A stretch of 64,000 nt of DNA from Epiperipatus broadwayi (taxonomy: Eukaryota; Animalia; Onychophora), in NCBI GenBank assembly GCA_028023455.1, contig JAQFVV010000006.1, positions 2,480,001-2,544,000 on the forward strand. Reading direction: 5' to 3'. Below are positions 52,010 through 64,000 of this stretch, in pieces. A program made the translations under genes and the position numbers. The stretch's first letter is position 1, and the number at the start of each line of letters is the position of its first letter. The notes beneath the pieces were generated by a model. That model made no database searches. It saw only the letters and a list, made by a program, of their open reading frames with translations, and was not told the DNA's origin.

Positions 52010-53930
52010 AAAATAGTACTCTGAAATTATACATTTGAGTGTATATGCTCCAAAGTACATTCACCTGAAGACTATTTTGTTAAATATTTATTACTGAGTC
52101 TATTTAGTTATTGAACTTAGCTTAACATAGTTGGTTTGCATTAAACGTAATGACAAACAACAAAATTGAAAAGGCATGGTTTAGAACAAATGTAGATTCA
52201 GTTATGATTAGAAAATGTTATAATGCTCAATTTATATTCTGAATATGTGACTGCTTTTGATAATGGTACCCTGCACTAAAATGTGTAAAATTATATTTAA
52301 TGTTTTCAATATTTTTGTCATGGGTGGAACAGCTTCAGTATTAAGTTTAATTTTCACTCTGCATATACAATATGTACACATATCTCTATATATTTTCAAG
52401 TCTTTTTTTGTTTTTATCAGCGTATCTTTCATCTTTAGCTCATTCTTATCACAATCAGTCCAGAATTCAGACCAACCTCTCACACTATAGATACATTAGA
52501 AACATGCTTTTTTAAGTAAATCATATAGCATGTTATAATTTAATTTCATGTACACATTATTTTTAAAGATACTTAAACTTAACTTCATATAATATTTAAA
52601 TATATTTCAAACTTCTATTCCGTCACATATTACTGAATCTAATAATCAAAGACATGTGAAAAAGATAAATGTTCTCCAAGATGAGCATTTTGTGCTAAAC
52701 AAACAATCATCAATTAACCTAGCTCAAAATATCTTACATATATCTTTATCATTTGATCAGTATAGACAGACAGACAGACAGGCAGGCAGGCTACTATACT
52801 TTAATTGACAGGCTTCAAATTTTGTGCTTTACAACTTTGATACAAACCAATTTATGGAAATATATTAATACCTTTTACTAATCATTTATTAAGCTAGATA
52901 TTATCTCTAGCCTAAATATATACTTGGTCTCTCTTCATGAATAATATATCTGCAACATTATAGAAGTATCAATATTTGATTTCCTTGCCCATGTTGATAA
53001 TTTTGATATCTTTCATTACACCACTCTCAAACAGGCTACAGATTGGTGTCTATCCACTTTAGGGTGCACTATAAAATATATAATAACTGAAACACGAGGG
53101 GTCAGATTGACCTTAGGTCAACATGGGTGTGACAAGAATCTCGGCCTTAGGGTGGCCTTTGAGCGTTCCATCATCAGATTTTCAATTGGATGGACGGTTG
53201 AAGAGTTGGAGTGTGGAGTGGATTGAAGCCTGTTCATTAAAGTATGAGGATTGGCTAATCTTAATATATATATATCTGAGCACTTATAGCATATATGTGT
53301 AGAGAGGGTAATCTGGACCAACTGATGATTGCTGGTTTAGCATGAAATACGTATATTGGTGATTATTTATCTTTTCAACATATATGTGTTCAAGTGTATC
53401 AGTGTTATGAGATAGTGTGGAGAGTGGTGGGTCGTGTGAAAGTCTGTGCTCATATACCCTATATATAAAATATATAGTAATATGAAATTATACATTTGAA
53501 TATAAAATGTTCAAAAGTGCTCTGAAATGAACACTGTTACATTAAATATTTATCACTGAGCCTATTTTGTTATTGAACTTTGCTTAATATAAATAGTTTG
53601 CATTGAACATAATGGCAGAAAATAAAATTAAAGAGGCATAGTTCAGTATTAATGTAGATTCAGTTATGATTAGAAAATCGTATAATGTTCAGTTAGATGC
53701 ATTTTGGAAGATGGCCACTTCAATGCATAACTCCAGTTATATTCTGAATATCTGTTTGTCTTTGATAAGGTGCTCAACATTGAAAATGTGTAACGTTATA
53801 TTTAATGCATTCAATATTTTCTTCATGGGTGGGACAGTTTTAGCATTAGGTTTAATTTATTATATTTACAATTTGTGTATACAATATAGAAATATATCTA
53901 TATGTGTGTGTGTCTTAATTTAACTCTTTC
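52010..53930. repeat. Diverged ~400-bp direct repeats (52010-52450, 53480-53900) enclosing a retrozyme-unit fragment (52620-52760 -) and a family-A element
   Basis: tgaaattatacatttga...atgtagattcagttatgattagaaaat present in both. Confidence 0.65.
53085..53470 (+). mobile_element. Family-A element; HHR at 53317-53360
   Basis: HHR text is identical to 17456-17499. Confidence 0.85.
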
Positions 53931-54169
53931 AGATGACTCAGTCAATTAATGCTATTTTTAAAACAGACTATGTTTGGAATGGAAACTAAACATTCAGACC
54001 CAATACTGTAGAATTTACTGAGGCAGTGATGTGATATATTTTTTCAATGCCCCCTACTATATATTGTATATAATAGATAATAGCTCACACTTTATTTATA
54101 AGTTGTTGTTGTTGTTGTTGTTTTTACAATATGTTTTGTTTACTGTACTACCCGTAGATGTAATTCTTT

Positions 54170-54277
54170 TTTTTTTTTTTTAAGTGTCATAGCATCGGCC
54201 GGGACGCGAACCCGCAGTCCGGGCAACTGCCTGTTAGTGCAAGGTAGTCGCGCTGACCTCTCGACCACCAATACAAG
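54170..54277 (-). mobile_element. tRNA-Gly-derived SINE; further copies at 55378-55458 (-) and 55770-55852 (-)
   Basis: gtgtcatagcatcggccgggacgcgaacccgc family signature. Confidence 0.8.
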
Positions 54278-54639
54278 ACTAGATGTAATTCTTTTTAACA
54301 GACGTATATATATATATATATAATATTTCAAATGCGCCATAGCTATATTATTCCAGCTATACTCTTTTTTAAATAAAGCTCAAATTTTAACACTACACTA
54401 CACAGGTATTTTTTTGTATGTAAAATATACATGTACATATTAATAATATAGTATAAACAATATTTTTTTAAAAAAAAAATAATATTGTTAATAATAAATT
54501 GAGATATATACTTACTGCGAGTATGTCTTTACTCATCCACTCAAAAAAATAAACAACTTACTGAACTATATAAGATGTGATATGTTGGATTGTTTCCATC
54601 ATTTATGAGTGAATGTTGAATGTATCGAAAATTTTAAAC

Positions 54640-54866
54640 TTTATTTAAACTTTCCAAATACATCAATACATCGACTTGTTAGTAATAACACACAAATAGA
54701 CAATACAGGTTAGTGATTACACAACGTTTCGAATAGTATTATTCTCCACTCTTCTTCAGGTGTTGCTGGCTTATATGCACAGTGACAATATTCGCTTAGA
54801 AGTTGAACTCGCACCTTTAGATTTTTGAATACTGAATTTAAGGCAAACGCTCTACCAACTGAGCTA
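54640..54866 (-). mobile_element. Family-E element: tRNA-derived Pol III head, hammerhead, PLE-like tail
   Basis: Minus strand TAGCTCAGTTGGTAGAGCG (A box) ... TCTAAAGGTGCGAGTTCAA (B box; T-arm side is tRNA-Phe-like), then the HHR, then a tail ending aagtttaaataaag. Confidence 0.8.
54719..54763 (-). ncRNA. Intact-looking minimal type-I hammerhead ribozyme
   Basis: ACAC CTGAAGA A GAGTGG agaataata CTATTC GAAA CGT T GTGT. Helix I is 4 bp, helix II 6 bp, helix III the palindrome ACGT, GUU triplet, one extra A after A9. Confidence 0.9.
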
Positions 54867-54913
54867 TTCAACTATATCTCTATTTATTTAAATAAAATGG
54901 ATAATGGCATCAA

Positions 54914-55008
54914 GCGATGGTGGCCTAGCGGTTAGCATAGCTGCCTTCCAAGCAGCTGGCCCGGGTTCGCTTCCCGGTCAATGCATTTGACATATGAGGG
55001 AAAAAAAA
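54914..55008 (+). pseudogene. tRNA-Gly(TCC)-derived SINE / tRNA pseudogene
   Basis: GCGATGGTGGCCTAGCGGTTAGCATAGCTGCCTTCCAAGCAGCTGGCCCGGGTTCGCTTCCCGGTCAATGCA has an acceptor-stem mismatch and A58>C, and is followed by the SINE tail tttgacatatg. Confidence 0.8.
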
Positions 55009-56269
55009 GGAATAATGGAGTATTAGCTGTTGATATTTCAGAACAATCCAGTTTTCTGCAGATAAGAACTAACTCTGGCAGATATCCTATTTAAAAATAA
55101 GTTTTTCTATAGTAACTTAGTTGCAATCTCTTTATCAGCAGACATGATATTTACTGTCGTTTTTATGTTTTTAATTGTTTATTAGCTTCAAAGTCATTGC
55201 TAATTACAGCCATTTCAGATTCTGGATTAAAATCTTCGTCCAAATTAAGCTTTATAATGCAATTTTAGAACATTTTACAGATATTTTTTTCTGCCACTAT
55301 TATTGGTAGTTTTTATTTTATTATTTAAAAAGTATTTTACGATTGTTTATAAATTTTGTAAAGCTTCTTCTTATTATTTTTTTCCCATATGTCAAAGCAT
55401 CGACCAGGAAGCAAATCCGGGACAACTGTGCTGACCACTCGACGACAAACGCGTGACGAAGCTTCTTATTTTTAATTTAGAAAACCTTTTACTGAAATGA
55501 AATACTGTAGCATATCAAAGTTTTGGGGGGAAATGCATGCACTTTCAACATAATCCAAAGAAACTTATTTAATAAATGCAACTGTTTAAGTATAAATTTT
55601 AATGTTTGAGAAATTGAATTTAATGAGAGCACTCCAAAATTAAAAAATATCAGATATAATATCGTAAAGTTATTCGGACATGTGAAATTGATTACATTTA
55701 TGAATTTTAATATATTTGTTTTACAGAAGTAGTGTATATTGATACAATATGCATGGTTTCATTATATTTTTTTTCCCATGTGTCAAAGTATCGGCCGGGA
55801 AGCGAACCCGGGACAACTGCTTGTAAGGCAGCTGTGCTAACCACTCGGCCACCTTACCCCATCGGTTTCATTATATTTGTTAACCTGTTTAATAGATAAC
55901 TACTTTTTATTTTGAATGGGACCTAGCGAGACTTTCATTAATATTCCTCCATATTTGAACATTTTATTTTTACAATTAAATCTTTTTTTTCTATATCATA
56001 TATTAATAATCTTAATATTATTTATTGCAAATGTAAGCTTTCAAGCAATAAAAAATTTTAAAATTATTTTTTTTACATTTTAAAAACATGAAAATAAATA
56101 TCTAAAAGACATTCTTACTTATAACAATTAGAACTCAGCATCATCTGATATAATTAACTATTTAAAAAGTTAGGAGAATGAAATATTAGATATTTGAATT
56201 TTACGTTATTATAAGAAGATAAATTTAGGGTTAGTTGTCATTAAAGAAAGAAAAAATAATAAAACTTAG

Positions 56270-56500
56270 AATATATTATTTATTGAATACAATTTATCCA
56301 AACCACTTTTAACACTTTTTAGCAAAAGTCTTTTATTGTACATATATACATTCACCTTATGTTTCGACTGGCCTGCAGTCTTCTTCAGCCAAAACTTAAG
56401 GTGTATGTATATATGTACAATAAAAGGCTTTTGCTAAAAAGTGATTTGGATAAATTGTATTTATATAAGATATTGCAGCAAAATAAAGGAAAGGGTGATT
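56270..56500. mobile_element. Fold-back element whose central spacer is an HHR core (56362-56388 -)
   Basis: Minus strand CTGAAGA A GACTG caggc CAGTC GAAAC between inverted arms. Same family as 9800-10130. Confidence 0.75.
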
Positions 56501-57929
56501 TTGATAATATTATTTATTGTTATTAAAATTTTAGAGGCTTTTCTTTACCATTTTGACAAAAGTGATTTTATTTCATCCAGTAGAAACTTCTGTTTGGCAT
56601 AAACTTTTTAAGAGGGCTTTTTAAAAAAAAAAAAATTTTAAAGTCAACTTTCAATGAGTGACTTAGTTTTCAGTTTACAAAGAAGTCTTTTGCAAAAATA
56701 TTGTATCATAACCTTTAATTTGTAAATAAATTACTGAAATTGCAATTTTTCTTTAGAAATTTAGATTATTCAACAATTTGTCCTTGTGTATAAACATTCA
56801 TGCTAATAGGATTCTGTCAATCTTGGAGAAAGTCCGTATATTGCTGACATCTTTTTTTTTTCAATTAATACATTGAAATTGTTGCTGCAGGAAAAGAGAA
56901 GCTACATACCACTGCAAAACATACTATACGGTTATAGATAGGGTTAAAACAATGTAGAGAATATATAATGAGCCAGAACCATTATAATACCCAAAGTCAC
57001 AAATCTGGGTGAAGCTATCACTAGTTTTTCCTCAAACCATTAAAGAAAACTTAATATTTTCCAAAATTAAAATAGAAAATAATAAAAAACAATGTTTTAA
57101 AACATTTTTGTACCAAACACAAATTTTGCCTTTTTTTACTATCATAATGAATGCCTATATTTATAAATTTTAAAATAATGAAAATAAAATAATTAGCACT
57201 ACAACTGTGATATATAATGAATTATTAACAACCACTAATTGTAATTAATGTTTTACAAATGTTTACTTACTTATTAAATTGAATTAAAAATTAAATTAAG
57301 TGTCATTAGAAAAAGAAAGAAGTATCCAATAAAATTTAAAACGATTTTTTTTAACATGCGCCTTCTTTTAATAAAAAATATAATTAAAATTTTAAAAAAT
57401 TTTTAAAGAAAAAATATAAATTATAAATAAAATGAGTGTTAACCTTTTAACCGCTAATTTTATCATTGGTTGTATCAGATAAAAATCAAATCTTTTAATT
57501 GGCCAACTCACAAACTGAAGACAAAGCCTATTGTTAAAACATATTCGCCTATAATATTAAATTCAACTCAGATACGTTTATAAAAAGTATATAATTAATT
57601 TTTCAGGTTGTGAAGAGAACAAAAGTTCTTTCAAAAATAAATTGCTATTTATTTATTCTAAGATATTCAATATCGGCAACATAAAAGTTATAATGTAAAC
57701 AAAAAGATCGACTTTTACGTTATAGAAAAGTAAATATTTCTTTTTACTACATCTTCAATATATTTACTTAAATCTTCAATATTTTTCGAAAATAATTTTG
57801 TTTTTTTATTATTCTCTCTGAAAATAATTTTAATTTCTCAAAATATTCTTTTACAATAATTAAATCGTATTCGAAATGAAAATCTCAGCGTTTTTCTTTA
57901 TTTTCTTTGATCAGGCAGTTTCTTTGTTC

Positions 57930-58070
57930 TTTCCAGCCAATCAGAATGTCTTTTTCGGCTGAGAGCATGCTAAGAACCAATCACAAATAATGTTCCTTCT
58001 TTGTTTAGGTTTAAATGCGTTTTTTTTCTATTTTTTACTTCTAAAATAAATCGGAAGATGTCACCATCGT
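57930..58070 (+). promoter_or_regulatory. Candidate promoter (two CCAAT boxes plus CGGAAG ETS-like motif) within a CpG-retaining stretch
   Basis: agccaatcag at ~57935, aaccaatcac at ~57976 and tcggaagatg at ~58051. CpGs are visibly frequent in 57340-58170. Confidence 0.35.
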
Positions 58071-58884
58071 ACAGAACTTTTAAAAACGAATTCAATACGT
58101 ATTTAACGAATATTTTCGTATAAAAACTGGCTGAGTTAGAGTGATTTCAGATGTCGACGAGGAGCCTCATAAAAAACAGTCTTTTGATTAACCCACAACA
58201 GATACAATCATTATGCACTCCTAGTATAAATTTTTTTATGCCTTAGTTTTGTCAAAAAATGTTAATTGAGCAGGCCTTCAGACCTGCTCTGTTTGCTTTA
58301 GTGTATAAATCTATGTGCACTCAACCCTTACTGATCAGGTGTGTATGAGTAGATTTATACACTAAACAAACAGTTGGTTTGAATGTTAATTTTACATGTA
58401 TATCCAGAGCTAAAGTATTAATTTATATAATTAGTGTAAATAATGTTTACAACAATAAAAATATATATATATAAAATCCATATTTTCTCTGTAGTCTGAT
58501 TGGTGAATGTATGTGTGTCCAATGACGTATCAAATCCACAACCGTTCAATTTATACAAAGGATGTAATTCACCTTTAAATAAAAAACACTGAAGAAAAAA
58601 ATCTATATGAATGCTTTTAACTACAGAAATATATATATTTTGTGGTAAAGGTTTCCCGCCAGCTGCAACAACAGCCACAAATGCCAATTTGTAATTCGAT
58701 GTTAAGACACTTCCTGCTTTTATGGTCTGTTAGTCCTCTAATACTTAGCAATATTTAATAATAAAAAAAACATATTTACATTAAATCTTTAAAAAAAATT
58801 GTTAAAGCAACTAATTAAAAAAAGTATTACAAATATTATATTTAACTCGGAAATTTTATTCATCAAGTGCATAGTACATATGTA

Positions 58885-59890
58885 ATTAAATAGAAAGGAT
58901 TTCACATGTGTGCTGTACTAATTTATATAAGCTCTATGATGCTGTGTTGAGTACAGGAAAACCCAAACACAAGATAAAAACTATAAAGATATGACTGAAC
59001 ATCTTAACTTTAACCTAAATTTTGATTTATATAGGCCAATTTGAAGCATCTTGGTTTGAGAGGATGAAGATATTACTCTGTTCACTTTTATATCCATTAG
59101 TTTCTTTTATATATTAATATATGTGAAATTTTTCGATTTATTATGAGTCAATTTTAAGAATTAATAGAAACTATATAACTCTGAACTTTTTTATTTATCA
59201 AGTGCAACTTTTCACATATGTGTTCTACTAATTTATATAAGCTCAATGATGCTGTGTTGAGTACAGGAAAACTCAAACCCAAACACAATATAGACTTTAT
59301 AAAGATAAGACCGACCATCTAAAGTAAGCAGAGTAACATCTTCACTGTCTCAAACTAAGACACAGATTGGCCTGTATAAATCAGATTTATGGTTAAAGAT
59401 AAGATGGCCATGTTTATCTATATAAAGTCTATCTTGTGCTTGGGTTTGAGAGTTTTTCGGCACTCAACATAGTATCATTGAGCTTATATAAATTAGTACA
59501 GCACATATGTGAAACGGTGAAAATCCTTTCTATTTAATTATATAATACTATGCGATTGATAAATAAAATTGCAGAATTACATAGTTTTTATTAATTTTTA
59601 AAAGTGACTTGTAGTAAATCGAAAAATTTCACATATATTAATATATGAAAGAAATTAATAGATGTAAAAGTGATCAGAGTAACATCTTTATCATCTCAAA
59701 CTAAGATGCTTCAGATTGGCCTATATAAATCAGAATTTAGATGAAAGATAAGACATCCACTCTTATTTTTATGAAGTCTCTATCTTGTGTTTGGGTTTGA
59801 GATTTCCTGTAGTCAACACAGCATCATTGAGTTTATATAAAGTAGTACAACACATGAAAATATTAAAATCCTTTCTATTTAATTAAATAT
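58885..59890. mobile_element. Tandem-plus-inverted repeat element (~315-bp unit) with pLTR-like architecture
   Basis: 58900-59000 repeats at 59215-59310. 59420-59880 contains the inverted copies. Confidence 0.75.
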
Positions 59891-61552
59891 TATATTTAAC
59901 AATAAAATCAATGTGCATTTAAATAAACTTATAATAAAAATATTACAAAAATGACTTGCATTTTTGTGTCATGATATTAATAAGTGGTAACTAATAATAA
60001 AGCTTTAAAAACTTCCGATTGGTCATGATGCTATTGAAAAAATATATATTTTTTATTCAGTGGGCACTCCAGTAAATATATATTTGAAGCCATAAAGCTA
60101 CCAAATATAACATTTATTTCAAAATATACATTTTACTTTAACTTTATTAAAATTAGGAAATTTATATAATATTAAAATGTTTTGTTTAATTGACATTAAG
60201 TTTTTTTAAAAAATTGTTAAAACAACCAATTATTACAAAAAGCGACAGCTAAAAGCCTGGAGTCTTTGTATTCTGCTGTAACAACAGTCTTTCAGACCAA
60301 TGTACAATTTGCACATTTAAAATCTTTTGTTTAATTTGCATTAAATCTTTTAAAAAAATTGTTAAAGCAACCAATTTAAAAAAACCTGAGCCTTTATAGA
60401 GATGAGTGCATCTGGTTTCATTATAAATGAATGTAAGATAACAATCAAATGATTTGCTAACTTTACTTCTTAATTTTTGTAATTTCATGGTTATATTTTA
60501 TTTTTTATATAAATATTATAATACTTATTGTAAACAATGCTTATAATTTTTAAAAATTAAATTTGAAATGATAATTATGTAAATCAAATACTATTCTTAG
60601 GAGGGGTATGAGATACTGCTTGTAACATTTATGTTATAAAACTTTTAGCCATTGTTGGATAATAGAGACATATACTATCAGAGTGTGATTTAGGATTTTT
60701 TAAATATTAATATATGAAATAATATAAAGGAGTAAAAATTGGCTGCCAGATGTGTAAGTATAATATTTCCATTTTTGAATCCCAGTCTTCTCTGATGAAG
60801 GCAAAAGCCAGCATATGATTGGAGATGTGGATTTTATAGCTCTACACCACCATCTGGTATCCATTAATTACTCAAGCTCCCAATAAATGGCTTCAGAGTA
60901 GCTAAAGGAGAATTAATCTTGGGAAGTGAAAGGTATCTATAATTTAAAATTGATGGCATTAAAATGTAAAATCACTGGCCTAGTGACATATGTAGGTAAC
61001 TAACAAGAAAGTTGATATGGATTTAAAGTCTGAAACTGCTTTTTGACATTTAGGCTATTGGTTTGATAACGAAAGAGAGTAAATACTAGATACTATATTG
61101 TGAAATGAATCACGATCAAGAGATCCAGGTCCATAGTATCCAAACTTTTAACTGATGAAGGCTGTCAGTTAGAAACTATTCTTAGGTTTGGATATGATTA
61201 TCTAATTATTTAGTACCCATTGATGATTCTTATCTTACAAAGGATAGCTGAAATAAAGCTAAGTGAATTAGTAGCGAATGTAAAGTGAATGAATATTAGA
61301 ATTGTAGTGAGTGGCTTTAATATAGTTGATTGTTTACTTGATGACATTTGCACTTTAGATTGGCTCGGTTATATCTGAATTATTAATTTAAAATAATGAA
61401 TTGCATTCAGTTTTTAGTTTTTTATAACTTCTATTATGAAGTCCAAATATGTGATAGTTTTTAATGCAGACTTATTTTGTATATGCTAGAACATAACATG
61501 TCATGTTATTAAAAATGTTATTCTTTTTTAATTATTATTTGTTTTCTTTGTA

Positions 61553-61630
61553 GATTTCTCAAGATGAATTTGATCAAGAATTTATTATAAATGTGGACAA
61601 AAAACCAAAGGACGAAGATAAGAAGACTTG
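61553..61630 (+). CDS. Possible terminal coding exon of an unidentified host gene (ISQDEFDQEFIINVDKKPKDEDKKT*)
   Basis: Polypyrimidine tract and ttctttgtag acceptor, then an open charged-residue frame ending in TGA. No upstream exons identified. Confidence 0.35.
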
Positions 61631-62033
61631 AAGGGACCAAAATACTACTTGATTTATAATGAGTTCATTTGTCCTCATATTGTAAAACATCTTTAAATTT
61701 TAAAATATTATTTTTGTTTTAAAAAAATGTATCTTTATATGTTATGTTGAATTATTTTCATCATCTATCGATAAATGTCTAAAAACATTTAATGATAGAT
61801 GAATGGAAGTGGTCTAACATATAATAACACCTAAAATACCATCATAAGAAACTTTCAGGCAATTACCAATGTATCTATATTTTGATTTAATAAAATTATT
61901 TATTGATAAACCATTGCAGTTTTAAAAAAATTTTATAATAAATAATTTCTTCTTAAGAAAGTATAATTTCAGTGACTAAAGCATGTTGTAGTTTAAATAC
62001 AGATAAATTAATATATTTTTAAAAAATTAAACG

Positions 62034-63399
62034 ACACCTGGGTCTCGTTTTATGCAGTAGATAGGTTCCTCAAAAAACGCACACAAAAGAAATTGCACAA
62101 AAATAGACTTAACTTACCTTGAAAAATGGGGAATAGGTGCTGTAATTTTCCAAAAATTGCACGAAAGCAAAGCAACAACATAAAATTACTTTAAAATTCG
62201 CACAAAAAAAAATAAGGAAGTAAAATATGACTAATAAAAAATTTCAAATTTGAAAAAAAATTGATACAAGACAAACTTTTTTTACTTGTTTATTATCTAC
62301 AGCATTTAATTTTATTCAAAACAATATATTTTTATGCATAATTTACAGTATTTTTAATTTTTTTTATATATGTACAGTATTTTAATTATTATCGCTATTT
62401 GACGATAAGTAAGTTCGTTTGTAAACTACTAAGACATCAGATTCGTCACAAGAGGAAATACAACTAGTGCCAACTTAATTTTTTTAATTGCTCTTATCAT
62501 GGACTCACCTAAACTAAATGTTTTCCGATCACTGTTGATCCTTCCGATTGCGCTAAACGATCTAAAATTGAAAATTTTGTTTCCAAAGAAATTCATTTTG
62601 TTGGGTGTTTTTTTTCTTCTCTGTTAGAATAAACTAAAAGTTTAAAATAAAAATAAGAACTTATGATAATAAAAAAACACCGACTCACCACTGTTGGGCA
62701 AAATTTAATTAAAACTAACAATTAAAAATTAAATTCTTATTTTTGTCTTTAATTTTCAATTCCGTTTAAAAATCAAATTTCATTGTTTTGCGTCGCATTA
62801 TTTTCAGATCACATTACGTAATTTTTAAATTGTTAATTATAATTAAAAATCAGATTTTAATTGTCAAATTTTATTGTGCCCACCACTATAACTAACCTTT
62901 TAAAAATAAACTTGCGGACACTAAATGATTAATTGACTATATACTCTTTTTTAAAAAAGCAAAAATAAAATGTGATTTAAAATGAAAAAAAAACAACAAC
63001 ATGCATAATATAGGCATCTATAACGTTTGAACAGATTTACATTATAATCTTGTAAAATTTAATGTGTATATATAAAATAGGGAAATCCTGATTTTAAGTG
63101 AATTATGAACTTCTTTATTGCATAAAATCTATTACAGTACTATTATAAAACGCTGAAAATATTGAAATTATTAGAGAGAAGTCAAACTCCAATAATGCGC
63201 TATTACTTTAAATATGACATGAGTGCGTGAAATTTATAATATTTAAAGTAATAGCACATTATCGGAGCTCGACTTCTGATCTAATAATTTTTATCACATA
63301 AAAGAAAACCGCATACAAAGATATTAAGAAGAAACATGAAGCGCATAACTTCAAAATCGCATTAAATAAATCCGCATAAAACGAGACCCAGGTGTACTG
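62034..63399 (-). mobile_element. Internally deleted Tigger/pogo (Tc1-mariner) DNA transposon
   Basis: TIRs acacctgggtctcgttttatgc / gcataaaacgagacccaggtgt(actg), followed by TA. Minus-strand remnant DRLAQSEGSTVIGKH..LGESMIRAIKKN resembles a CENP-B/psq HTH. Confidence 0.85.
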
Positions 63400-63764
63400 T
63401 AATTTACACTTACTTCATTGTGACGGATTTAATGACGTTATTTCCTTTTTCCAGAATATTTCTTCAAAAATCATATGGACAATTTTACATTATTATTGTT
63501 TTTTTTTAATCTCATACTATATTTAGCTTTTATTTTACATGTTTTTTTCTTTATCAATTTACATCAATAATACCCTATTACTTTGAATACAACCCCCCTC
63601 CCCCATTTAGACCGCAGTACGATTTTAAGATTGGGAAAAAATCTAAAAATGATTTTATAATAGATACTGAAAAATAGGAAACATTTATATTTACTTAAAG
63701 AGAAACTATTATAATTTTTCTTTTGAATTCAGCATTTTATACTTACCATTTATCCATCATCACC

Positions 63765-64000
63765 AAGTATGAGTAATAAAAAAATTCAAATATGTCCAGA
63801 TAGCATGTGATTCTACACAGTTCCTATCGATGATCATAATACTATGCATATGTGTAGAGCGTAAAACAAGGATAATTGTTGGGAATGCGAGACTAATAGA
63901 AGTAAGATGTTAAAAGATATTCAGTTTGAATTAGTATGAGTAATAAATTCAAAATTGAAATATGACCAGATATGAAGCAGTTTTACACAGTTGCTATCAT
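63765..64000. repeat. Diverged tandem repeat, period ~170 bp, runs off the window
   Basis: agtatgagtaataaa...aaatatg(t/a)ccagata...ttacacagtt(c/g)ctatc occurs twice. Confidence 0.7.

Noticed and set aside
54914-54985. Functional tRNA-Gly gene
   Set aside because: Acceptor-stem A.A mismatch, T-loop A58>C, and a SINE tail shared with about ten decayed copies.
57430-58400. piggyBac element (ttaacc start)
   Set aside because: No matching right TIR/TTAA or transposase motif could be found.
558-60488. Most short ORFs in the supplied track as real genes
   Set aside because: They are 60-130 aa with AT-driven composition, often overlap repeats and have no recognisable domains. Only the RTE, PLE and hAT remnants are interpretable.
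63765-64000. HHR in the terminal tandem repeat (tcgatgatcata..tatg)
   Set aside because: No GAAA after the stem, and the window end prevents comparison.

Overview
Very AT-rich, CpG-depleted eukaryotic (animal, probably invertebrate) intergenic or intronic DNA. No intact host gene is recognisable. Most of the window is transposable-element debris: three ~1-kb RTE LINE 3' fragments, an RTE-X remnant, a BovB-like RTE tail, two Buster-type hAT derivatives with 8-bp TSDs, a Tigger/pogo derivative and about ten tRNA-Gly-derived SINEs. The dominant unexplained signal is a very high density of minimal type-I hammerhead ribozyme (HHR) motifs. I count roughly 35 by eye, most of them decayed, in about eight sequence families. 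Their helix III is usually a short self-complementary palindrome, as in the HHRs of Penelope-like elements (PLEs). They sit in PLE pseudo-LTRs, fold-back palindromes, ~355-bp tandem retrozyme-like units and tRNA-headed SINE-like units. One PLE lineage (three loci, including a near-full-length decayed copy at 41.0-43.9 kb) has a non-canonical core, AUGAWUA. This reads as a compensatory A3-U8 replacement of the C3-G8 tertiary pair. All structures and coordinates were derived by eye, so boundaries are approximate and no activity has been tested.
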